From NCBI GenBank assembly GCA_010093815.1, contig ML996582.1: a stretch of 64,000 bases of DNA; one strand, given 5' to 3'. Of the stretch, positions 25,480 to 37,167 are shown in pieces. Within the stretch, counting starts at the first letter, position 1, and each line of letters opens with the position of its first letter. The translations under genes were made by a program, and so were the position numbers. The notes beneath the pieces are model-generated. The model was not told the DNA's origin. It ran no database searches and saw only the letters and a program-made list of their open reading frames with translations. Source of the stretch: Pseudovirgaria hyperparasitica. Taxonomy: Eukaryota.

Positions 25480-27118
25480 TTACTGCACCTCTGGGAGCCG
25501 TACTGCGATGTCGCCCGACTGTGTAATGTATCGTACCCATGGGAGCGACGGGTATTGAAGCTGCATGCTTGTCAGCATTCTTCGGCCTAGTATGTCTATG
25601 TTTGATAGCGGGACGTACCTTGGGTTCAATGATCTTGAGATACCGCACTTGAATACCACTCGTCGTAAAATATGGAATCTCGAACTTGACGCTGATAGGC
25701 CTCTTTCCCTTGCCACCAGCTACCCCGCCCATACTTCCACCAAAACCTCCCATCATGCCTCCTCCCTTCTCATCGTCTCCGCGTACTGAGGGCAAACCTA
25801 GCTCTGCACGCATCAAAAATTCCTTACCGCCGCCAAATTGCTTAATCTTCCATACTATCGACGATGTTTCAGGCGCATAATGTACTGTGCCGATATTTGT
25901 TCGAAATCTTGGTGAGTCGGCATCGTCCGGCACTGGTATAGATATTTGTACGTTATTTGCGGTGCTGCGTCGCTTGAATTGTGCCCTTGCCTGTCTTGTG
26001 TTAGCCCTGGTGCACATGGCATGGGCTAATTTGGAGGCCTACCTTGAGCATATACTCAATTCGGCTGCCTGAATGAGTCTCCACAATGCATTCCACCCAA
26101 ATCAAGGGTTTGACCTGAGTATTCAGTCGGTAGCTCATCAGTTCAAATTCACCGTCCGGTGGTATGAAACTGATTGTGCGGTCATTCTCGAACCGAGACA
26201 GACGCACACACTGGTGGAATTTGACATCTTCCATCTCGACAGCCTTCCCCCGTGTAGCGCGACCCGTTGTCTCAAACATAGCCTTGTCGTTCAATCCCAG
26301 TCGCAACTCTGGCATACCTGATAGATAGCATTTCATTTTGACTGCGCCTAAGATTTCTGACCTCAACACATTGCCGTTGGCAGATACGAGAAGGTTGAGA
26401 GATTCGATAACGTCCAGGAAAACTTCGTTCTTTCGATAGCGTATGCCTTCGCTCCGCCAACTAACTGCGTTTGTGACAGCAATTGGCGGCCGGGCCTGGA
26501 CCTCAAGCTTGTGTGATTCTTGGGTGATGTACCTGCGGAGTATGTCTTTAGCCCCCACCTGAGCCTGAGATAGCACGACATTACTGACTCTTGTAATATC
26601 TTTGTTTCTGTGGTCTGTGGGTACCCAAAGTCCATCATCTCGTCAAGCAATTCGTAGATAATTACGAAGTTGTCCCTTATACTTTCTTCTTCTAGCTCTT
26701 TGAAGTACTCTGTAAAAACTTCGACGATTTTGTGGAGGAAGAGCAGGATCTCGGCCGCATTAGTATTTCGTTTTGTGAGAGCAAGGACGTAGAGGTTGTT
26801 ATGACGTATGTAGAGATACTATCAGGCTCGTCGTTAGCACATCAATCCGCAGCAGAGGACGTTTCTCTGGCTATGCGGGGCACGTCGAGTTGCGTACATT
26901 GATTCCTTCGTTTGAGAAGCACGGCGGGACAGCGGAGGAGTCCTCTTCCGCTTCACTTAGGAGTATGGGAAACTTCTCGACGGCAGACATGGGGATATCT
27001 CCTCTATAGTTGCGGGCAAGAAGGGTCTGGGTACTTGTTATTACCAGCAAGTGTGCTCACTCATGTTGAGGAGACTCACCTTGCCCTTCAGGTCAAGGAA
27101 GAAGAGCGCTGACGCCAT
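25480..27118 (-). CDS. APM1: AP-1 adaptor complex mu subunit; multi-exon
   Basis: MASALFFLDLKGK..LLARNYRGDIPM, LLDEMMDFGYPQTTE, VSWRSEGIRYRKNEVFLDV, FIPPDGEFELMSYR and YPSLPWVRYITQSGD. Confidence 0.96.
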
Positions 27119-27554
27119 GATGAGTGAAAATTGGAGGTCAGGTTCGAGTATTCTGGTATAGATGTTTAATTCCACATCCGATCATGCCCCAATAAGCGTT
27201 GCGACTCGCGACCAGGCCGCGTGTGGAAAGGGTGATACTCAAGCCACGGAGAAGGCGGCGGAAGTGGTATTGATTGAGGCTAGACCGGATTCGGTTAAAG
27301 TATATCATACAAACTGGTCTACGCTAATAAATCAAAGAGCCTTGCTCGCATCGTATGTGTATGAAAGGCTGTATAAACGCGTCGCATATCATGAGCATAG
27401 CTTTATGAATATATGAACCACCATACAGATCAAAAATGTGTTCTACTGCCAACAGCCAGCCAATACATCCGCCAAGTTGTCGAACGATATTGCAGGGAAC
27501 ATGAGCTATACCTAGGACGTCACGCTGGATGATACGGAAGCCATTTCCGCTTTA

Positions 27555-29987
27555 TCAAATGTTCTTCTTGCCATCCTCACTCCCTGGTGTTGTCGCTCCA
27601 CTGGTAAGTTCGAAGCCATCTGCTCCGCTTCGTCGTCTCTGGCCTCGCTCCCTCATAGCTCCTCTGATCTTTTGACTGACTTCATCAAACCCAGCTGATG
27701 TGTCTAGTGAGCTAAAGCCTTGCAGAGAGAATCCAGCTGATCCAGCGGAGCCTCCAGCAGAGCTTGTTCTACTACGACTACGATGCGGTGTCGTTGGGCG
27801 TGTAGCAAACAGACCAATATTCCCAAGATTCTTGAAAGACTCGTTGCGTGGAAGATGACTTTGTCGACTTGGTACACCCATCCCGATGGATGTTCTTCTT
27901 TCCTTGTCAGGTGATATCGGCGACGTAGACCCAGAGTCGAGAGATTCTGTGGTGAGACTGTCGCTGGTATTGCGGCGGTGTAACCTTAGCGGTGAAGTAT
28001 CGTCACGAAGCGGATCGGCGACAATACGCGCCGCATCGAAATCAGGGAACATCTCAGGACCTAGTGTATTTATAAGATCGGTAACAGCGCCAGCGAGTTT
28101 GGTGCGGCGTTCTCGCAGTTTGGTAAGGGAGTTACCGGACGTAGGGGATAGAGAGACTAGGAGCGGCCGAAGAGACTTGACAATGTCCATGCCAATTTCG
28201 CCGAATCGAAGGGCAGCGTAAGTGATTGTCGGGAGGAGAACGATGGATATGATTGGAATCATGAAAATGGGAACGGACTCTGGTAGGTATCCCTGAATGC
28301 GGTTGCGCACTGCCCACCACGTCCCGGCGATCGTGTACGTTATTAAGAGAGCGGGCGCCAATGCCATAGCAACGAGAAGTTTCCATGTAGCGACGACATC
28401 ATTTGCGTTGATCTTAACTGAAGATGCAGCAAGGGCCTCCTTAGATTTTTGGATGGATATTAGTTTGCCCGCGATGAATACTGGTGAGAAAAGAATCAGG
28501 CCAGGAAGAACAGCGATGGCAAGTAGTAGAATCTTGCCGAGTCGGTAAAATAGAATGAGAATGGCCTTGATGTATGAAAATTTTGCATAGTCGACTTGAT
28601 GGTCTCGGAGGTTGAGGGCCAAAAGTTCTTTATTGTATGAAAGGACATCTTTCATGAGATTCTTGACTCGCTCATCGTCTTTGTAACGTTCGTAACCTTT
28701 GGTGAGCCGTCTATTTAACTCGATAATCATAGGCAATGGTAGCTTCTTGCCCTTGGTGTTATACAAGCGACGAACTGCCTGGATCAACTGCAGAGTGTCA
28801 GTAAAGCTTTATTTATTGGTTGGAACGTCATATCATTACCATCAATGTATTGTAATCTGGCGCTGTCACCGTCACCGCTACTAGCGCTTCGTATACTGTC
28901 TCTAGTAGATGTCCGACAGCTTCGCGCCGCTCGCCTTGCTTGTAAAGCTCCACAAGTTCAGGGGGGATTTCAACAGGATCACCGAATTCAATCACGGCTC
29001 GTGATCGAAACTTATGAGCATGAAAGTAGTTCATACCACAAGGTACGATTGTGACCCCGCAATCAGGATTCGCAGCCAATGCACCAAGAGCCATTATGGC
29101 CACACCAGCTGCCGCTCGTTAGTCATGGCATTACCACAATTCAGATTAAAACACTCACGTTTGAGCGGCAACAGCTCCGTTCGATCATGACTTCCGCCTT
29201 CTGGAAATATACCAACACAGCCGCCTTGATTAAGTTTCTCGAAAACCGAATCGTAAACTTCGGTCTGATCGACTTTGGGGGCAATTGAGAATTTAGTTCC
29301 CTCAAAGCTTTCAGTAGCCCCTCTAGATCCATCAGTGAAACTTCCATCCTCGCTCACTTTACGCCCAGTTAGTTGTCCTATCGCCACAGGGCCCTTGAAG
29401 GGTTTCTTAAGGCGTAGTTCTTCTGGCCCTATTATCTCTGCTATTTCGGCGCTGGCAGAATCATTGTTCACGGATGGTAATACGATCAGGCCTCCAACTT
29501 GGAAGTCCTTGAAATCGAATTTCGTGCCCACACCTCGAAGAAGATTTGGCTCGTTCTCGGGATCCGGCAAGTATATCTTTCCTTCGCCGGCGCGCTTCAG
29601 GTCCATTGCTCGGCCAACAGGAACAGCGCCAGCCATAGCTGCAAGTGTGCCCACAACTCTTCGCTTCATTGATTTTGCAGCTATAAGAAATGCTATGCGG
29701 CGATGCGCTTCCGTTCGGACCATCCGCATAAGCATTAAAGGATCCACAAACTGCTTGACAATCAGTGCTAGTCCTTGATAAGCGCAAGTTTATGCACACA
29801 CCTGATTTGCGTGTGGTGCTGCGACGAACAACACAGGTCCTTTCCGTGGAATCTTCCATGCTCCTCTTGGATGTACTTCCCTGAAGAAAAGATCCAGTAG
29901 GACTGAAAGCATCCAAAGACACAAGTCATATGCTACTTTATTCATGGGCGCCAGCTTCGTGCGCTTGCCATCTTTCGTCCTCGCCAT
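27555..29987 (-). CDS. SCT1: Glycerol-3-phosphate/DHAP O-acyltransferase (Sct1/Gpt2 family); 4 exons
   Basis: Acyltransferase motifs APHANQFVDP and IFPEGGSHDR, then GMNYFHAHKFRSRAVIEFG, C-terminal TM helices and a Ser-rich tail. Confidence 0.92.
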
Positions 29988-31091
29988 TTTTAGCAATGTC
30001 GGTCTGACTATGGCTTTGCGGGCAGATTGTGTATGATCGTAGCACTAGTATGTGCAAGACGTAGAATGACGGATCGTAAATTCGTGTAGTCGCTGCGATG
30101 GTTTCAGCCAGATGTTTAGAATAGGATCGTACAGGGCGATCATCAAAGGGTATTGATAAGTTCGGGGCAAGATAAAGCTGACATTATTCTTATCTGAGTA
30201 TATGCGAGTCGCAACTCGACACAGGCATAGTTTGTCGTAGATCATAGGATGCGAAGGCCGAGTAGACGCAAAGCCCGCGGTGACACAGAGGAATAAAATG
30301 TATGTAAGGATGGTGAAAGAGACCCAAGGTCCCGATGGAGAGAGGGGAGGTCTCAACAAAACAATGAGAAAGCGGAAGCAGTGGGCAAATGAGATTGCGG
30401 GGAGTTCCGAGCTGATCCATGCACCTCTATCCTTCCAGAATCTCGGGGCCGCACATGGCTACTCCACACGGTTGGATTGAATGAGGCATCAGCCACAATT
30501 CGAAACCTCAGGCTGCACTTCCTGCCGCTTGTTAGTGCTACACTTCCTACAATCCTTTCATCGTTCAGCTTTGATATCTTCAACATTCCACTGTATTATG
30601 CTTCGTCTTCCTTACTCAGAGAAACAGGACACAATGTATCATTATGAAGTAGGTCTTAAGTATATGTGATAGTAGAATAATCAGATAGCGGCGAGTAACA
30701 CAAAATAGTCTTTCCGGAGTCTACTTCATAATTAATAGATAAGGCTTTCGTCGAAGTTCGTTCATGGACATATGGTCCTAATCGATGCATATGATATTTA
30801 CTGACACCTGAGCATAGCTCCGTCTTAGCGCACCGTTTCGATTGGCGCATTCTTCAGAGATATATTAGCAACGGCCTCAGTACAGCCAGGGCCCTGGGTC
30901 ATCAGTCACCTGCCCATTGCTCAATATGTTCAAGTCAGATTACTACTCACAGTCGATAACTAGAGATCGGACTCAAAAGAGCACAGAGCGATATATGAGA
31001 CCTCAGCATACGTAAGTCTCCCAGCCTGCCAACACTAGACACTTCACATTCGTCGTGATAAGTTTTGGAACCATATACACCTCTTCCAGAC

Positions 31092-32006
31092 ATGTTTTCG
31101 CTCACTGCCCTCCTCTGTTTCATCTCCCTGGCCTCGGCCGCCTCGCTCCAATTCATCAGTCACCCGATAGGCCCAAACCCACGCAATGTTTCCTTCTACA
31201 TCTACGTCCCCGAAACCCTCGCCTTACAACCTCCCATTCTCGTATTCCTTCATGGGTGTCATGGCTCCGCTCAAGACGCCTTCGCCAATTCAAAATACTC
31301 CAGCCTAGCCTCGCGATACGGCTTCATCATAATATACCCAGACTCGCCTAACCCCGCGGACAAATGCTGGGACGTATCCTCACCTGAAACACTCACACAC
31401 AACGGCGGTGGCGATTCCCAAGGCATCGTCAGCATGGTACAGCACACACTTGGAAAGTATGGGGCGGATCCTAGCCGTGTGTTCGTAAGTGGAATCAGCA
31501 GTGGCGCGATGTTGACGAACGTGCTTATTGGGAGCTATCCAGACGTATTTGCTGCAGGCGCAGCATTTGCAGGTGTACCATTCGGATGCTTTGCTGGGAC
31601 TGGGTATGCGGAATGGAGTGATGCGTGTGCGACGGGAAGAATTACGCACTCAGGCCAGGAGTGGGCAGCGATCGTGAAACGGGCATACCCGTCGTATTCT
31701 AGCTATAGGCCAAAGATGCAAGTGTATCATGGGACGGCCGATGAGGTGCTCAACTATACGAACTTCGGGGAGGAGATCAGGGAGTGGACTTCCGTGTATG
31801 GCATCAGCAAGACGCCAGTGAGCACGTGCCTAGATACGCCGATCATGGGATGGACAAGGACGGTGTATGGAAAGGGGGAACTTGAGGCGTACAGTGCAGC
31901 CAATGTCACCCATGACATACCGAATCAGGAAGATGTAGTGATGAAATTCTTCGATTTGACTTGCATGATCGGAGGTTGCTTTCGAAGACCAGGATCCACC
32001 GGATGA
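31092..32006 (+). CDS. Secreted acetylxylan esterase (CE1, AxeA/PHB-depolymerase-like), intronless, no CBM1
   Basis: Signal peptide MFSLTALLCFISLASA, CWDVSS..TLTHNGGGDSQGI, nucleophile motif GISSGAM, RPKMQVYHGTADEVL and HDIP. Confidence 0.9.
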   Translation: MFSLTALLCFISLASAASLQFISHPIGPNPRNVSFYIYVPETLALQPPILVFLHGCHGSAQDAFANSKYSSLASRYGFIIIYPDSPNPADKCWDVSSPETLTHNGGGDSQGIVSMVQHTLGKYGADPSRVFVSGISSGAMLTNVLIGSYPDVFAAGAAFAGVPFGCFAGTGYAEWSDACATGRITHSGQEWAAIVKRAYPSYSSYRPKMQVYHGTADEVLNYTNFGEEIREWTSVYGISKTPVSTCLDTPIMGWTRTVYGKGELEAYSAANVTHDIPNQEDVVMKFFDLTCMIGGCFRRPGSTG

Positions 32007-32650
32007 TCGCCACAACCATCGTCAGCAGTTACAACATTGAGACGTCATTTTGAAAAGAGCAGTACCAACAGCTGCCCCGATTAGGTTTGTGCAGAAAACG
32101 GGGCAAGGTGGCTCAATAGGCTGGCCATAGGCTATACGGGACGGAATTTTTGTGATGAAGGAGCTTGCTACTTACACAATAGCTACTGTTCGCAATGCTC
32201 CTGAAGACCCTACTCAAGAGCGTAGCAACTTGAGAAGCATAAAGAATAAATCTTCACTCAAGTGATCTCATCCATCTGAAACCATCCATCAGACCGCACA
32301 GGCTTGCATACGTTTCATCACATCAATGATCTTGTGCACGAAAGCAAAAGTCCTAGAGATCCTGAATACACCCTAAGTATACGATACAGCCTCGGAATCT
32401 GGGAAAGCAGTAAGTTGACTAGTATGGGCGGTCCACAGCGAAAGGACCTTCTGTGGTTCGCGATGATGACCTGCCGCTTTGCTCGATCTACCCGATCGTG
32501 CGCCAAGTTGGCAAATTTTGACGGCGGTGATCTGTGGTCATCCATATTCAAGTATGATTCCTATGTGCCAATGGAGCCCAGCGTCAGGAGACAGCCAAGA
32601 ATATACTTGCCATGTGGTTGTTAATGATGTTCCAGAGAGCGACGCTGTTC

Positions 32651-33598
32651 TCAGTATTCCAATTTTAGGCCCCCGCCGCCGCCAAAGCCGTTCATTCTCT
32701 TGGAGAGAGGACACTCGGCTTTCATATGCCCAGGCTTCTTGCATCTATGGCAGACCACATCCGACATGTCTCTCACAGCCTTGGACAGACCATCACGTCT
32801 TACTTCCGTTAGTTTTTCGTGTCGATCCCCGTTTGCTAGAACACGTTTTGGGACATTAAGCTTCACTGATTTTTTGCGTCGATCAGCGCCGGCTCTTGCC
32901 ATCTTTTTATCTTTGTCCTTCCGTCTCTGCTTCAGCTTCAGTCGCGCTTCTTCAAGTGCCTTCTTGCGCTCCTCCTTGATCATAGTAGCTGCAGGGTCAG
33001 CATCTTCATTACCAGTGTCGTCATCGTCATCATAATCATCATCGTGGTCATCCTTGTTATCTTCTTCTTTGATAGCATCTTCGCCCTCTTCGCCTGATTC
33101 TTCCTTCTCAGTATCGCTGTCGGCCTTGCTTTGCCTTTTTCCGAAGCTGAAGCGTCCCATGGGTTCGTCGTCTGAATCGTCGATGTCTGCATAGCCACCT
33201 GTGACGACGCGAAGCGCCCCGTCAGTTTCTGTGCCTTTTCCGGCAGATGGATCCTGAAAACTGAAGACCCATCGGGTCTCGCCGGCTCGCTCTGCCTCGA
33301 GCTCGGCTGCTTTGGCCCGCTTCTCTTCCTCGATAGCTAGCGCGGCGTTTATGGCATCAGAATGAGAAGAGGGGCTATTAGTTACTGTAGGAGCCCCCCC
33401 GCTATATCGTAGGCGTTTGGAGCGATGCGAGTCTGGAGTTGTAGTGGCGGAATTTGATAAGGATGTCGGAGAAGCTGCAGCGCGTTGCATAAACTGCCCA
33501 TAGGATTACTAAATTTCTATTCCCTTTTTCATTCAGCGCACCTTCATGGTGAGTAGTCTTGACGACATGGTCTTTCCAGGGTTGACGGGAGACGCCAT
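32651..33598 (-). CDS. Mpp6-like nuclear RNA-exosome cofactor candidate with a C-terminal CCHC zinc knuckle; 2 exons
   Basis: Spliced N-terminus MASPVNPGKTMSSRLLTMK|FMQRAAA, a GRFSFG motif, acidic and basic tracts, and CHRCKKPGHMKAEC (CX2CX4HX4C). Confidence 0.7.
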
Positions 33599-33877
33599 GG
33601 TTGTGAAATCGCTTGAAGAGTGTGTAAGGGAGAGTCAGCTTATGTGTCTCTGACCGATCTAGCCAATATGCCGTGCAAGGCAAGATTAGAGAATCGAGAT
33701 GCAGGTCGAGGTCTTGTCGTGACAAATGGCCTGTCGAAGAAAAGTTGAAACTGGAAACCGGGAAATCTCCGGACTCATGCGAGACCCATAAGCTTCCATC
33801 CTTCTACTTCAACCTCACTCCATTACGCCTGTATCGGCGAACTGCTTTACGTCGCCAATTAAAATTGCCACATCCCA

Positions 33878-34670
33878 ATGGCTTCCTTACGTGCTGTACT
33901 GGGGCGTCGTCTGCCTTCGAACACCCCCCGCTTTGTGCTTGCTCGTCCGTATAGCAGCTCTTCGACTCCGAGTACGGAAAACCCAGTCCCCGCCAGCGAC
34001 CCTAAGGCCCAGGGCAAAGAGCGACATGTCTCTCCAGTGTCCAAGACAAACGAGACCAAGACTTCACCGATTGGGAGTCACGATGGTGCTTTGCAAGAGA
34101 CTACTGAGCAGGGCGAATATCTCCGTGTTACGCAAGCCCCAAATCGACAAAGTCCCAACCGGTCCACGGGAATCTGGAGTCCGAGTCAACAGCCAAGGGC
34201 AGTAGCTATGAGTGGACCGAGATTCGAGCAGACAATTATGTCGGACCAGGTTCGTGATCAGAGAGCGGGAGTGGCCATATAAGACTCGCGACGAAGAAGT
34301 CGAAGAAGGCTAATAAACATCCGCCAGCCCCGGCCTTATGCTGCCATTGAACTTATTCACAAGCAACCTGTTCGCTGGACGAAAGAGCGCATCGTATCAT
34401 GTGACGGTGGTGGTGGTCCTCTTGGACACCCCCGCATTTTCATTAATGTGGACAAACCACAAGTTTGCTGGTGCACATATTGTGGACTTCCCTATGTGAG
34501 TTTACCGGTTCATCGCATGCACGATACTGACTCAGCCGGAGGCGCACGAGAAACACAGAGCGTACCTCGAAACTCTACCATCAACACCATACCCATTAGA
34601 TCCTCAAGGCACCGCAGCCGAGGTCTCACCTAAGCAAAGGGTCACGGATGAGGTCCTCGGACAGCGATAG
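33878..34670 (+). CDS. NADH:ubiquinone oxidoreductase Zn-finger subunit (NDUFS6/NUMM homolog); 3 exons
   Basis: Mitochondrial presequence, WSPSQQPRAVAMSGPRFEQT, and CDGGGGPLGHPRIFINVDKPQVCWCTYCGLPY (zf-CHCC). Confidence 0.92.
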
Positions 34671-34854
34671 TGCAGCAATTAAGCGCACATAGCTTGCAGA
34701 TGTATATATTTTACAGTGTGTCCTATTATTCTGGCCACGAGGCGGCTTGAATCGCTGCATCATCTTCTTATCAAAGCCTTCCATGCCATGCAGCTACACA
34801 TACGCAGCTGTCGCCATCTGTCCATTAGAACCAGCTAGGCCTATCACTTTCACA

Positions 34855-35563
34855 TCACGCTTTCTCTCCCTGGATCGTAGCCACAACCTTCCTCGAATGT
34901 CTGCTTGCCCTAAATTCCAAGTACCAAATGCCCTGCCATGTCCCCGTCGCCAACCGACCATTGCTGATTGGAATTGTTACACTGGCGCCCACAAGCGCCG
35001 ACTTGATATGCGCCTGCAATTAAATCAGTACCCACTCATAGATAATATCCCTTATCATCCCCGCTCACCGGCATATCATCACTTCCCTCGGCATCATGCC
35101 TATATAAGCCCTGATGCTTCTTATCCTCTGGTACGATCCTGTCTAGCGCATCACTCATATCGGCGCGTACGTCCTCGTCCCAGTTCTCATTCAGGCTCAG
35201 CGCGCAGCTAGTATGTTGGACAAAGAGATGTAAGATGCCGACTTTGTAGTCTTTGAGCTCGGGGAGCGACTGCTCAATATGGGAGGTGATGAGGTACGAG
35301 CCGCGCGCTTTCGACGGGAGCGAAATGGTTTTCTGGAACCAGGACATTGTGGATGTAGGGGTGGATTGTTCAGAGATTACAGTTGTAGGCACAAGAGTTA
35401 ACGAAGTCGGTGGTATACAGGCGCAAGTCGGCACAGGTGTGAACGTCTTGGGATGAGGCAGAAAGGGACTCAGTGGAAGATACAACACGTAGTTGTAAAG
35501 TCTTGGGAAACATGCGACTAGGAAGAAGATGGTAAACAAAAGTGTGAAGTTGATTGACGGCAT
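34855..35563 (-). CDS. YjbQ/UPF0047 family protein; 2 exons; alternative start at 35347 (MSWFQK)
   Basis: HTSCALSLNENWDEDVRADM, YRHDAEGSDDMP|AHIKSALVG and LATGTWQGIWYLEFR. Confidence 0.9.
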
Positions 35564-36133
35564 CGAGCAATACTATTCATTGGAATTTTACGAAATTTGG
35601 GCGGCTACATGGGCAAATAGACGTCATTGGTGGGGGATCCTTGTGCCTTTGAAACTTGTGGACCTTCAGAAATCCTGCTTCTAAGCACCCGACATATTCT
35701 TTCGTAGCACATTCCTTGATCCAGCGGGGATAAAAATAGCATGTCAATGATGTAGCATTTATTTATAAGGGCGCAGTAGAACCTCCCACGTGTATGCGGT
35801 CGCAGAGACTTAAATATTGGGCCATGAACATTCGCCGTCCCAAGTGACCTTCAAACCTGCCTCGCAAAACTCCATGGTAGGAGCGAGTCGATGATATGTG
35901 ACGACAATACATGCCGGTATAGCAGCACAGCCAGGAGGATAATGCTAACGGTCTTCGTATCCGTCTTGCCCCAGCTGTTTTTGTAAAGCTTGACGCTGTA
36001 CGACCACCAGAACCATCGACATCAAAGCCCACGATAAAAGAATCAGGTTCATGAAAGGAAAAGAAACACCCATGAGCGCCAGATCATCCGTATGACTCTT
36101 CGGGAATAGAGCAGTTGCAGAGCGCTATGACCA

Positions 36134-37167
36134 TCTATAACCATTTGTTAGATTGCACTGCCAGGTCGCAACAGAACGCTACGTACCACTTCTTCTTCTT
36201 TTCTTCGCGAATGAAGACAAGACTTCCGCGTGCAGCATCCATCTTCCATTTTCCGGGCTTGAGGTCTTCCGAAATTGTGAAGAAGGTTCTCAGGGTCCAG
36301 GATCCGTCAATCTCACGGCACCAAAACATTTGGTCTGGCTTCGGATCAGATGGTTGAAGGTCATGAGCTTCATAAGCACCACTCCGGGTAGCAATCACAC
36401 GGTTGTCGTACTCGACCTCTTCCTGAGTGCGGCCGTAGTACTTGTGGTTATATCCGTACGCTCCGTGTCCATGATTGACATTGTAGCCATGGGTAGCTTG
36501 TCCGTGATTAACATACACGGGCTTTACTGCCGGAGAAATGGGGTTAGGAGTGGGAGCGGCGGTTGAAGTCGGAATGGCTGTTCCCGCGTAGTTATAGCGA
36601 TGATATGGTTGTTGGTAAACGTATCGTGGCTGAGCTGCCGCAATTGGAGCCTGGACGTAGTGGTACTGCGGCAAAGTGTAAGCATATTGTGTGGGATAGA
36701 AGTATGAGGATGACTGAAGCCCGAGGGGTGGACATGCAGCACTGGTGTGTCCACTCTTTAGGCTCCTTCGGGCATCAAAGGGGGTGCCGCGGGTAACATA
36801 GTTGTAGGTATGTAGGCGGTTGTCAAAGGGCTGATATTGAGCCGGGTTTTGCTGTGGCCAGTTGGCGTAGGTTGGAGTCCACATCTTGGCCGGGCAATGA
36901 TTGAGAAAGACCGGAGTGGGTGAGACGATGGGTGAGAAGGGATAGATGAGACAGTAGATATAGGTGAAGGTGAGAAAGTAGGTGGACGGACTGAATGGCA
37001 GAAGAGTGGACGGTGTGACTGTGTTTGTTACGGCAAGGGTAGAAACAGCTGCTCACCTGCGACTGCTCCGGGTAATAGTAGTAACGGCGATTCTGCGCCA
37101 TTGCTTTACTTAGCTGTGGTGGATCTTCCAGTTCAATGTTGTGAAATGGCCAGCAAGGAAAGCACAT
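36134..37167 (-). CDS. Hypothetical Tyr/Pro/Gln-rich fungal protein; 2 introns, the second splitting the stop codon
   Basis: Exon 1 MCFPCWPFHNIELEDPP...EQSQ (GTGAGC donor) joins ORF 36135..36884 in phase 0. The C-terminal YYGRTQEEVEYDN..P.DPKPDQMFWCREIDGSWTLR looks globular and conserved. Confidence 0.6.
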
